64,000 nt of DNA from assembly GCF_009914755.1 (NCBI RefSeq), contig NC_060926.1; one strand, 5' to 3'. A model generated the notes under the pieces. The model saw only the letters and a list, made by a program, of their open reading frames with translations, made no database searches and had not been told where the DNA came from. Source of the DNA: the human T2T-CHM13v2.0 reference genome, Homo sapiens. Made by a program: the position numbers and the translations under genes. Of the stretch, positions 13,466-25,639 are shown piece by piece. Every line of letters starts with the position of its first letter. Within the stretch, counting starts at the first letter, position 1.

Positions 13466-15273
13466 ACAATTTCATCATTCTGGAATTCGAGCTCTCCACA
13501 AGTGTCCTCAAAATCCTCCCCTCCACCTCTGGCAGTCCCTTCGATGGTTTTATATGGAACGATAACATTTCCTCGAGCTCCAGATGTTCTCAATACTTTC
13601 ACCTCCATGATGCCAATGCTCTCACTCACATGAGTCACAGGTTCCTCAAAAGTAAAAATGCCTGCGTGGTCATCATCAAAAATAGTTACAGTGGCAGTGG
13701 AGGGAGATCCGAGGCAAGCAAGTGTAGAAACATGATTGGCTTCCAGTATGCCATCTTCTGAAGCTTCAGAAGATACTTTGACATTGCTGAGATGCACAAG
13801 GAAATTTTCATCCTCCTCAAAGATATCATCATCTATGATACCCACTCTGATTTCCTTCTGGGTATCACCAGGCTTAAACACCACAGTTCCTTCAGTAAAT
13901 TCATAATCAGACCCAGCATTTGCTGTGCCATCCTCTGTTCTGAAGTCAACAAACACAGTGTTAGTCAAATCACCACCTCTGCGGATAATGGTAAGGGCCA
14001 CAGTACCACAGTTCTCCAGACACTGATATGTCCCTTGTTCAAAGAAGATCTTACTAACAGGGTCATTTTCAGTCACTTCAGTGTTGACCTCGTGCATGCT
14101 GACAGCCTTCCTTGCTTGGTCAGCTGCATGCCTCTTTAAAATGTTGCCAGCTCCAGTCATGAGGCGAGTAGCTTGAATGCGATAAAATGCTCTACTTTTT
14201 TGCTGCTGACTTAGGACTTGGTAGTTAGCTAATTCTATTAATTGCTCTATTTCTTTATCTGGATGCTTCTGCTTAAGTTCCTTCAGAATCCTAGCCATTT
14301 CTCGCCTAGCTTCTTCATCATCTTGGTCCCTCTCATCCACCTCCAGAACCAGAGCACCATCTAAGAAATTTTCAACATGAGAATTGACCACTTTCCCGTC
14401 CATTTCAATTTCAGTCTTAGAAGATGGCCTGTCTCCTTCATGTTCAATAATCATCCCCCTCTGCTTGCCAGCTCGATACCTCTTGTAGACATACTTGTAA
14501 AACAGAAGTCTCCTATCCGCTACCCAAGCGAACACAACACAGATGGGAAAGAAGAAGAAAGTAAGCAAACCTTCCCAGACCTCCACAACACCAGGAGATA
14601 TGACAGACAAAATAATGTAAAGCCAGGTGTAGGCAAAGATGCTCCAGGCTGCTGTCACAAAGAAGACACGCAAATGCTTAATCTTCCTTGTCTCTCCGTC
14701 AGGCACCACATAAACACAGAGTGCAATAATGATGAACATATTGAATGCAGCACTTCCCACGATGGTGCTAGGACCGAGGTCTCCTGCAGTGAAGTTATGG
14801 CCACACACTTCAATTACTGAAAGGAGAATCTCAGGAGCAGAAGATCCCAGGGCCATCAAGGTCAGGTTAGAAACTGTTTCATTCCAGATCCTCACAGTTG
14901 TCTTGGTGGTCTCTCCATTGGGTTTCTTTATGGTTATTTCTTTTTCTTGAGATGTGATGACTTCTATAGAGGACATGAACCGATCAGCTATGATAGAGAC
15001 TCCAAGAAACATGTAGACCATGGCCACAAAATACACAGTAGCTCTAGCAATTTTGTCCCCAAAAGAAGGGTCTTGGGGTTCCCAAATGGGCAAAATCACC
15101 CCTTTCTTACAGTAATATGATCCAGTACATTCACCAGTTTCATTTCCTTCTCCTTCCATTTCTGTCTCAGCAATTACATGGTCCACATGGGAAAATAAGA
15201 GACTCACAGTAACTAACAGATGAAATCCCATTGAAAAGGTGGGTGAAAGACTTAATCGCCGCATGTTGTACAT
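13466..15273 (-). CDS. SLC8A1: Sodium/calcium exchanger 1 (NCX1), coding part of exon 2 (602 codons + 2 nt; CDS continues in exons beyond the left end of the window)
   Basis: Translation begins [20 protein letters not shown] (signal peptide) and contains alpha-1 repeat [35 protein letters not shown] and Calx-beta acidic motifs [11 protein letters not shown] and DDDHAG. The ORF-track start at 15291 is a GTG; the first ATG is at 15273. Donor ATTGT|gtaagt at 13466/13465. Confidence 0.99.
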
Positions 15274-15297
15274 GACACTTCCAACTGTCACAACCTA
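13466..15297 (-). ncRNA. SLC8A1: Exon 2 (1832 nt, or 1829 nt from acceptor 15294); source of the back-spliced circular RNA circSLC8A1/circNCX1
   Basis: Polypyrimidine tract then ttttacCAG|TAG|GTTG acceptor (15300-15295); donor gtaagt (13465-13460). Circularisation of this exon is established knowledge, not visible in DNA. Confidence 0.9.
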
Positions 15298-15392
15298 CTG
15301 GTAAAAATAAGATGGGGGAGAGGGCAGAAAAAAAGTCATGTCATTAGAGCTGCAGCCAAAGCATTACTAATTACTTATTTTTATTACTCTTA

Positions 15393-15456
15393 CCAAAATT
15401 TGTTTATATTTGACCATCACAAAACCGAAATTTGTTTATATTTGACCATCACAAAA
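15393..15456. repeat. 32-bp tandem duplication (one mismatch)
   Basis: cc(a/g)aaatttgtttatatttgaccatcacaaaa x2. Confidence 0.95.
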
Positions 15457-17164
15457 TCTATGGTGAATGATTGTTCTAAGACTCCATCAGTGACTAAGCA
15501 ATCCTTTGTAAAGTTTACAACTCAATCTTTCTGTGAATTTACTACATGTAGTACCCATTCACTGAGCAAGATACACAATTGACTTACTGGAAAGGAAAAG
15601 TTCAATTTATATAGCCTTGCCTTATTAAACACACATTTATGCATGCTAATAGCCAAAATCACAGGACTTTTGAAGCATTAAACAATTTCCTCCTTTTTAC
15701 TAAAGCAGATTTTCTTCTAAATTTGTGTTAGTACATCATCTTCCAAAAACGGTTTCAATGCCAAAAGCACCTTATTACAATTGATGCTTTGAAAATCAGA
15801 CTCCGAAAAAATCCCACCAACACAAGGCCTGGTGATTATCTTAAACGCCAGAGAGCATCTTACACTGTATTTCATGAAATCATGTCCTATTGCTCCACAC
15901 TTACTTGGAAACAAAACTTCAAGCTTGCCTGAAATCAAAGCTCAATGGCATTTGTTCTTGAGGAGAAAAAAATTCTGCTATAATGCAATATTTCCACACA
16001 TTAAGTACAGTTTTTAAAAGCATGTTTTGATGAGAGCACATTTCTTTCTAATTTTCAGCCAGCCCAGGTCTGCTGATACATTAGCAGCTGGGCATCTGGT
16101 TCTTCAAGCACAGCTCTTCACATCTGTGTACAGAGCCTGTTTTTCTGCAGGCTGGAAAGGGAGATAAACAGGCCAAGGCCTAGTTGTGGGTAAGCGCCTG
16201 GCAGGCTGTGGAATCAGCGTCACCAACCTTAAAATGTTCCTTCTCGGTGTCGGTCATATTTTCCATGGTCATTCTAAAATACATATTAGTTCTGTCGAGG
16301 GTTCAAGTGACCAAAAAATGCAGGACCAATAATTCCATTTAAATTAGCTCATGTGGCATGACAAGAGTGACCACAAAATATACACATGATGAAGGACTGT
16401 AGGCAAGGAGGGCCATGGCAACAGAGTCAGTGAGCAGCACACAAAGCTTGGTAGGCATAGCAGTGGACTCAACCACCATGGCCTTAAGTCCACCCACCAG
16501 CTCAAGCAAAACTCTACTCAGACCTTACATCCCTTCTGCTTCCAGAACCTGGGATGGAGGTGAGGGGAAACTGAAGTAGAGGAAGGTCTGCTCCAAGTCA
16601 AGGTGACTGTCTCCCAGGCCTTGCAGGATGGACTAGTTATGACATCAGATAAAGCAGCAATAGGAAGAAGCCCTGAGTCAGAACATACCCTTATGTCCTG
16701 GAAAAAGTTAAAAGAGGAACTGGATTACAGGCTTTCATAGCTTCGGGCTGGCTGAGAGCCACCCCACATTCGCCTACACTCTCTGGCTCATGTTTGCTGC
16801 TGATGGCTTATACTGCAAACTGCACCAGTGCCCAGGAGAACACCGCTGCCTAGGACATTCTGGCAGACCCTGAGAGATCCCACCATAGACTAAAGCCCTT
16901 TATAGCTCATCACTACAGGGAGATAAGCTTCTTTGACATTTTTCCCATACTAAAGAAAATCAGAGGAGGGTTATAGCAGTAGAATTCAAAACTAAGTAAA
17001 AGGCTGAAAAATAGAGGTAGCATATTTTCAAAATATGCAAAAGTTCTGGTCAGTATGTCTGCTTGTTCAGTCTTTGAAAGGCTTTGAGATTTCTGCTTGA
17101 AACAAGGTGAAATTTAACCATCCTGCAAGAATGTTGGAAGATCTAGTTCCAACTCCCTTGTGTA

Positions 17165-17850
17165 TCCATTTCATCCACAATATTTATGCATGCTTAATAT
17201 GTATTTTAGAAAGACTTACTAGTCTGTCTTCTAGATCCTGAGAATTCACCAGTGATAAAACAAAGTCTCTGTCCTCACAGAGCTTATATTCTAATGGTGG
17301 AGGAAACAAACAAATATAAATATCAGAAGGTTAAAAACTCCTATGGTACATGTGTGTGCAGAACAATCTATAGAGGACAAGGAGAGTGTGAGATTGTGTG
17401 TGTGTGTGTGTGTGTGTATGTGTCAGTGTGTATACACGTGGGATGCATGATTTCATACTAGATGGTTAAGGAAGGCCTCTCTGATAAGGTAACACTTGAG
17501 CAAAGTCCTGAAGGACACGAAAGATCAAGTTTTGTGGATATCTGTAGGAAAAGAATTCCAGCAAGTGCAAAGGTCCTAATGGGAATCATGCTTGGCACAG
17601 TCTAAAAACACAGAAAACCAATGTAGCAAGAGGGTAATGGACCAAGGGGGCAGGGCTCAGGAGTGGGAATGGATCAGAGAACACTGAATTGCCATAAGGC
17701 ATGGGCTTTGATGGGGTAGAAGATGAGAATCACTGGGAGGTTCTAATCAGAGGGTGATATGATCTGATTTTTCTTTTAGAAGGATCTCTCTGCTGGTTCA
17801 GTGCAGAAAAGACTGAAGGGGCAAGGGTGGAAACAAGGAGACCAGATTTT
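17165..17850 (-). mobile_element. L2 3' region containing a (TG)n tract at 17395-17431
   Basis: ctctgtcctcacagagcttatattctaatgg and ggaaggcctctctgataaggtaacacttgagc are L2 antisense hallmarks. Confidence 0.75.
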
Positions 17851-18099
17851 GCCTACTATATAAAATCTAATTTATAAGTGATCCCAATACTTGGCAGGTA
17901 TACAAAATGGTACAGAAGATATTTAACATTTAAAATGGTGAAAGAAATGTCTTGGGGACCTGAAAGAATCAGAAAGGTGAAATATTTGTGATAAATAGTA
18001 GTACTGAACATAAACACTGAAGGGAGATTCAAACCTGTGTCTGTCTCCAAGACTGATATAACTAACCACTCCCTTCAAATTACTGCCAAATCGCATCAT

Positions 18100-18330
18100 T
18101 CCATTCTTCACGTTTCAGCCAAAATGAAATTCCTAAAGTGCAGATCTGACACTCTTCACGTCCCTTAAAACTCTTCATTGGTTTCCCACTTCCCTGAGGA
18201 CAAAGCTCAAACCCCTCAACAGGCTTTCTAAGACCTTTTATGATCTGGCATCTGAGCTCCAGAATATGGAAATTATTCCCATTCCCTGAACAAGGTAACA
18301 ATTTCTTACATCCAAGTCTTTGCAGATTAT
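18100..18330 (+). mobile_element. L2 fragment
   Basis: cccttaaaactcttcattggtttcccac...aagctcaaacccctcaac. Confidence 0.6.
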
Positions 18331-18589
18331 TCTGTGTCCAAAACTATTTTGCTTTTTCCTTCTTAGAAGCAAGTTTCAAAAGAGCTGAACACCAAATTAT
18401 AACCAATTTCCTGAGAGAATACTAGATTCCATTCTTAAACAGTCACAGATACCATGCTAAATTGTCTCTATACATATCAATTATATTTAATATTTCCATT
18501 AGCCAGCATTGCTGTTATAAAATGCCTAGTGTTGCTATTTCCATTATAGTCCATGAGAACAGCACCCCTGGAGATGTGCAATGCACAGT

Positions 18590-18755
18590 ACCCTAACAAT
18601 AATCCTAAATAGTAGGTACTATTAGCCCATTTGGAGGTTGGATAACTGAGGCTTAGATAGGTTAAGTACTTGCTGAAAGTCATACAGACAGTAAACTCCT
18701 CAACTAAGACCCAACCCCTGGTCTTTTTCCAAGACTGATATAACTAACTGCTCCA
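18590..18755 (-). mobile_element. MIR
   Basis: aggtactattagcccatt...aactgaggcttagataggttaagtacttgctgaaagtcatac. Confidence 0.75.
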
Positions 18756-20714
18756 TTATATCATCCCTGATAGTGTGTGAAGTAATCTTTGAGAACTATT
18801 GGGGTTGGCTTGGACTAGCCCGTTGGAAAGCCTCTTGGCTTCCATGCAGGGTCAGGAGGGCCTAGTTAGCAAAAGTCTTGTGGAAGGTTTCCAATAGCCT
18901 GGCTTTTATCTTATGCATTAGACTCAAACAGACAAGCATCAATAACTGTGATGTAACATGAGGGCTAGCATGTTCCTAGAGACAGCTGCCCTTCAATCTG
19001 GTCTTTTAGCAATTGCCTGGCAACCTCTTCCTGCATGCACTGTCAGGGCAATCTCCTGGGCCAGCCAAGAAAAAGCCCTGCCCTTTATCCCTTCCCTAGC
19101 CCACATCCCACAATATGTTCTTAGCCAAAAGGTCACCAGATGTCTAAAGGTAGACAGGTCAGTAAAAATCCATCATCATTATCAGAGAAAAAGGAAGGGG
19201 GCTTCCGGTGTTAACTAAAAACATTACAATTATATTCAAAAGAGAGCAGTATTATAATTTGTGAACAGTGGACACAGCACACTGATGTAGCTTATTGGCA
19301 ATGAAGCAATTGGAAAGAACTCTCTGGACTTAAATTTCTTTTTCTTATTAAATTAATACCAAATTCAAATGCCCACGAAGATGTGGAATAGATGTTATCT
19401 AAATGTGAGTTCCTTCTTCATCCTTTTGTTTTCTTTCTTTCGGGGTCTTTCCTCTATCATCAGATTCAAAGTAGTTCTACTAAACTCTCCCCATTTTCCC
19501 TCAAATATACATTTCCATACAAATTAAGCAGAAAGATAAGAATAGAGACTGTGGATATGTTGATTTGCTGCCTGGCTTTCTTATATTCTGCCTTAATTTA
19601 CCAATACAAAGTATAGGCTGATTTTTATGGTGGATTCAGATCAACTCGTACAACTGTGAGCAGTACTAACTTAAAATATCCATTACATCATGAAATGAGA
19701 CTTTAGCACAGTATCAAGAATACCCAAATTATCTTCTGATCACTATTTATTTTAAAACAACACACAACCCATCACCCACAGATTACAGACCCAAATGACA
19801 CTGACAAAGGATGGTAAAAAGATATCCAGCTGTGAGTAGTCCAGCCAGTTGTGTCGGAGGAAGAGGTCACAGCTACAAGGAATAGAAACCCACATCTACA
19901 AGAGATAGATCCAACTGCTTTGTAAAGGAAGAGGGAGAGCTTTTGGAGCAGAGGCCTGAAGAGTGGTTGGCAGCACGGTGACCATTCCCTGCTGGAAGCT
20001 ATAGCCAGTTTTGACTACCAAGGAGGACGTGACTCAGAGCAAAGGCATATGCTGGCATTCCTAACAGCCCAATATATTGGACAGTCATCCTAATGGCATC
20101 CTCTTGATTGGCAGCTGGGGTTATTCCAAGGAACTCCTTGATGGCCTTCATCAGTACTTGGAATTCCCTTCTATGTAATTCTTGCTGACTGAAAGACTCA
20201 AAGCTAAGCAATTAATCTGTTTCTAAGGCAACATTAAAGCAACCATAAATCCTTATCCACTACCAAGGCAAGCACTTCCAAATGTTTCTAGACAAAGAGA
20301 TGATGCCAGAGGATGAAGGCTTTTCTCATCTGACCATCTCACCTAAAGTGAAAATTACTGCCCTGGCTCCAGCCTCAGGCTATCAGACCATGGCCAGATT
20401 TCAGGAAAAAAAAAACCTCATTTACACAGAGACCCTCTACTAATACCTAATTTTCCCTTCCAAAGAAAGTTTCCTCTCTGCTGTTTAATACTTTGGGACA
20501 GGTGCCGAAGGGGATGGGCTATGAGCGGTCACATCATAGGCTCAAGCCTTTCTCTTAAACTCACAAAACAGAAGTCAGGCCCCTGCCTTATGACCAAAAA
20601 TACCCGCTGAAATTGTCCAGGAAATGAAGAAACTAGGGTGAAGGTAGGCAATGTGGTCACAAAAGGAAAGATAGACTTAGGATATAAAATAACGAAGTTG
20701 TTGAAAACTCATGA

Positions 20715-21062
<348 letters not shown>

Positions 21063-23689
21063 AGCTCTTATTACTTCTTACATGCTATCTATTTTATTCA
21101 ATGGTTCTATTTATTGTCTTTCTCTCTTCAAAAGATGCAACTCTCTAAGGGCAGGGATTTTCATTTCTTTTTTTTCATTGAGGTATTCCCAGTTCCTAGA
21201 GCACAGCCTGGCACTTAGAAGATGCACAACATCTGCTTATTGAATGAGTAAAGTAATGCTCACAGGGTCACGTGCTGATTCACCAAATCTCCAGTGGTAA
21301 ACCAGAATCTGGGAAATGGGCCTAAGCATTTGCAGTTAAAAAATGTTGTCTGTGTGAAATGGTTGCACCCTAACATGAGCAGAGTTCAAAATCAGATTGT
21401 AAAGTCAATGTCAGTGTTAGGAAGAGAGGAAACACATGATTCAGACTCATGAGCAAAGACTCTTGGGCTGGAAAGACTGATCTCCAGCATAACGAGAGCA
21501 CCTGGGCCCTGACATTTTCCCCACAACCTGGGTGTGTGTCTTCCAGCATCAGCCCTGGCTTGCTTATTTTATATGCTCTGTTAAGAGGGCCCTAACACTT
21601 TGGACATACTCAAGGAAGTACATCTTCCCATCCTTCCAATACAATTAAAAGACACATATTCAAGCACAACAAAAATCACCTTCATTGTAGAGGCCCTACA
21701 CAAGGGAAAGAACACCAAGCATTTAAATTTAAATATTAATCTGCATGCTAACACGGAAATATGGGTAGAAAAAAGAAAGCTGGAGAAGAGAGAGTCTTTC
21801 AATAGAAAATAAATAAAAAAGAATGTAGAAGGAAGATGCTCTGATAATCTTGGGCTCCATGTGAAGTTAGCCAGGTTTGTCCTCTAATTCATTATGCCAG
21901 AACCACAGAGCAGGGTTTAAGGGCCCTACTCAGGGCACTGATGGCAATAATGACTGAAATCATGGACTGAGCATCTACTTGTCCCAGGTACTGTGCTAAT
22001 TACTTTGTATTCACTGTCCCTGACTTTTCTGACGATACTACAAGGAGATATTATCATTCGCATTTTACAAATGAGAAAAATAAATGGTTCATGAAAGTAA
22101 GCTGGCTAGAGTCATATATACTTAAGTGACAGAACTAGAATTTTAATTCAGGCATTTTGCATTAAACTATAACGATTTCCAAAATGGCAGACACATTTTA
22201 TTTTCACGACAATAAGTTAACAATGTTTTCTGGGGACAGAGAGCTCAAGATTTAGGTACTTAACCTGCCATGCTGCCCCTTCTTCCCACCTGAATAAATG
22301 TGTGTAGGTTGCATTAGCTCATCAAGGAGCCTCACATGTTTCCACTCCTGCCTGATGCCTTCCCACTCCCCAAGTAAGTATTGTAAGCACTTCTATTCGT
22401 CACATAGCAAGGGAAAGATGATCCATGTGAAGGATCATCAGCTGAAGACAGAGGTCTGAAATCACTCCAAACTCATGTAGTAAACTCAAGGTTTTTCCAT
22501 TTGGTCAGGAGAAAAGCAAATGAAGAAAGAATCCCTAGCAGTAAGCAAGCAAAACTAAAATAAAAGAGGGGAACGGATAATGAACGGGAGCCAGGGAGAA
22601 TGATACAGAATGTTGCTATAACAAGTAGGTTAACACTTTGCTCTAATAACAATAATTCAGTATTTTTTAAAATAGAATTTCATTGCAGCTCAAAAATTTA
22701 CTGTCTTGGGGGTCATTTTTCTTAACATCTTAAATTTAAGCCAATAAGTAATCCAAAGAAATGCAAAAACAACACATTCGTTTATGGTTTTATCTGCCAA
22801 GCTTTTCTTAGCCACTCATATATGCCAGACACTGTGTTTCAAAGATAAATAAAACATATCTCCAAAGGAGCTTGTATTCTAGTGGGGCACTGGCAGAATC
22901 AAGGAGTGAGTCCCTTCTGTGGAAACCAGGACCCTTCCATTACTAGAGATTCACTGAAGAGAAGAGACTTTCCTGGCATTTGAACATTGACACTGAGCAC
23001 TGAAGTGGACTACCTAGTCCCCAGGTTAACGTACCTTGAGTCTTGAGTTAATAAACCCAGCATTCTAGAAATCTCGGACTGCTCAGACTGTGGTCCTGCA
23101 AGCTAGAGATTTCAATTATAATGAGCTCCCAGAGGCAGAGCCTTGGACTCTGTACATCTTTCAAAAGCCTCCTGATAGACAATGGTAATTCTTTCACATA
23201 ATAATTGTTCACCACTAACCCTGAAGAGAAACAGCAGCCTTTCTTTGATGTTTGACCTTAAACACTGAAAAAGAATGAGGTCATATACATGCTTTTATAT
23301 CTAGGTCACCAAAAAGGATTTTCTACCTAAAAATATTTCCCCAATAGCTGGTTGACATTTAATCTTAAAAATCTGTATATATAGTGAGCCCTTCCTATGT
23401 TTCTAGTTCTAGAGGCAATGAACCCTTCATTTATTCATCAAGCCTCTATGGAGTAGCTTCTATGTGCAAAGCACCATAACAGACACTACAGGGATTGCAA
23501 ATATGATTGACACGTGGTCCCTGTACTTACTAAATTTACAGTCTGCAAGCGACAGTTACTCCAATGACCATTAATACTAGGAAGAATTGACAAAATGTCA
23601 TAAAAGGAAGGGATGGGAAGGATGACAACGGCTAGAGAATGTGACAGCACATTCTAAAAGGAAGAAATGATATGGACAAAGGCATAGAG

Positions 23690-23855
23690 CAATGATTCTC
23701 CAACTTCAGTTCACCTAAGAATCACCTGGCAAACTAATTAAAATGCAGTTAACAGGGCCCTATAATCAGATACAGTTGAGGAATCTCCAAATTTGAATTT
23801 TAACAACAATCCCAGGTGATTGTCATGTAGGTGGTCTTGGACCACCCTTTGTGAA
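23690..23855. mobile_element. MER5-family hAT MITE
   Basis: aagaatcacctgg...ttttaacaacaatcccaggtgatt...ggaccaccctttg. Confidence 0.7.
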
Positions 23856-25639
23856 GTGTAAGGCAGAAAGAGCAGAACTGAGTAGAAGCACAGGAACAGC
23901 ACACAGGGCATGGGGCTTGTTTAGCAAACAGACTGGAAGTGCGTGTCTGAAAATCAGAAAACAGTGTTTGTTCTAATATCAGTAAGATGTTGATGTTAAG
24001 TAATATGTCAGCTGTGCTTTCCCTCTCACAGACTGGGTCTCCAGGCAGGATCAAAATATGAAGCCCCGTAGTGAATATGTGTCCAGGAGGTGGGGGACTA
24101 GAGGGCAGAGGAGGACAGATCTTAATAGGAGAAAAGAGGGGCCCCAAAAGGGAGATTAAAGCACTGGAGGTAATATAAAGTTCCTACTTCATGATGTTGC
24201 TGCAGGTGTTTTGTCTTCTCTAAGAAGAAACAAGCAAGGATTACTAGGTCACTACATTGGCAGGTGACAAAGACTTAGGATAAAGGGACATCTTCAGAGA
24301 CCTATTCAGTTTCTATATCCAAACCCTAAGTAGAGGTAGAAAACATGCAGAAACATGAACCCCAAAATGAAGTACTGGGTGGTAAGGAAAGCTGTGCTCT
24401 TCAAATGACAAGTTCTTTAGGGGGCAGCCCCTACTCTTTTTCTTCATTTCAACTCAAGAACGAATCCCTGTGGTCACTCTTTCTTCTTTCTAGTCTGCCT
24501 CTTGGAACTGGGGATGTTTAATACAGAAACCAATCTCAAGTTGAATGACAGTCAATCCAGCAAGATTTTTTTCTTTTTTATTTTTTAATCTTTTTTAACA
24601 AGGTAAATGCTGGTTGTGTGAGCAGAGGCTGGTGAATTTCATCAGCTTTTTCAGTGAGTCATTAAGATTCATCTTCAAGTAGATAGCATTTCAGAAGACA
24701 GAATCCTATCAACTTGAGGTTTTTAAGTCTTAGATTTTCCTGCATAGTTTCAAATTACAGTCCTTGAAAGAATAAGCTCTTCTTGAAAAGAGTGGAAGTA
24801 GGAAGTAAAAAGAAACATATTTTAAAAAGTCAAGGTGATGGGTGCTCACATAAGGGTGACTCTCCATCAGTGTTGTATGCTACAATTTTCTAAAGTTCCT
24901 GACAATATACTCAGTGACAAAGTTCTAACACCAAGTGTCTATTTACATATTACAATATTGTATAGTATATATTACCTATTACAATACACTTTAAAAATGA
25001 AACTCACCTTAGAAAGAAACTAGTCAAATCTTATTATTTAGAGGACCAAAGGGAGTGTTGGTGACATGGGAAAACACAACATTCTTACAGAAATCTAGTA
25101 GAGAAATACATGGTTTTTCTCTACTAGCTAGGGCATCTAGTGAATATGTTCTTTAAACCAATCTTATATACCTGTGTTTGAAAAATTATTAAAATTGGCT
25201 TAAGTGGTATGGTTTTAACGTTAGTAACTATGCTGACACTGCTAGATTATTGTCTTTTGGTGACAGATGAGGATTATAATAGATGTGAATTTATCTATCA
25301 CAAAGGTGGTCCTAAAAGGAGCCATTGAAAAAGGTAGAGAAAAAAGTCACTGGAGGAAGAAATTCTATTTAATAATTTAATTAGCAATTGAAGATAATTT
25401 CTATCTATGAAGCCTTTGCTAATGCAACAATTATTTTCATCAATATCAATGATTAATAGGAGAACATTCATTCATTAAAAAAAATCAAACGTCTTTTATG
25501 TATATAGCAAAGTGCGAGGCACTGGGGCTAGAACCATGAGATAGACAGACGTAATCTCTCTCCTTAAGGAACTTATTACCTAGCTGGGAAGACAGATGAC
25601 AGATGTTCATTTAAATTACTACCCAAAATCCATAATTAT

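Noticed and set aside
13792-14950. Three + strand ORFs antisense to exon 2
   Set aside because: Shadow frames of the real CDS with no independent coding signal.
15274-15291. ORF-track N-terminus MTVGSV
   Set aside because: The start is a GTG in the 5' UTR part of exon 2; the recognised protein begins at ATG 15273.
15727-15732. QKI core ACUAAC upstream of exon 2
   Set aside because: Single hexamer with no matching proximal downstream site found; expected by chance.
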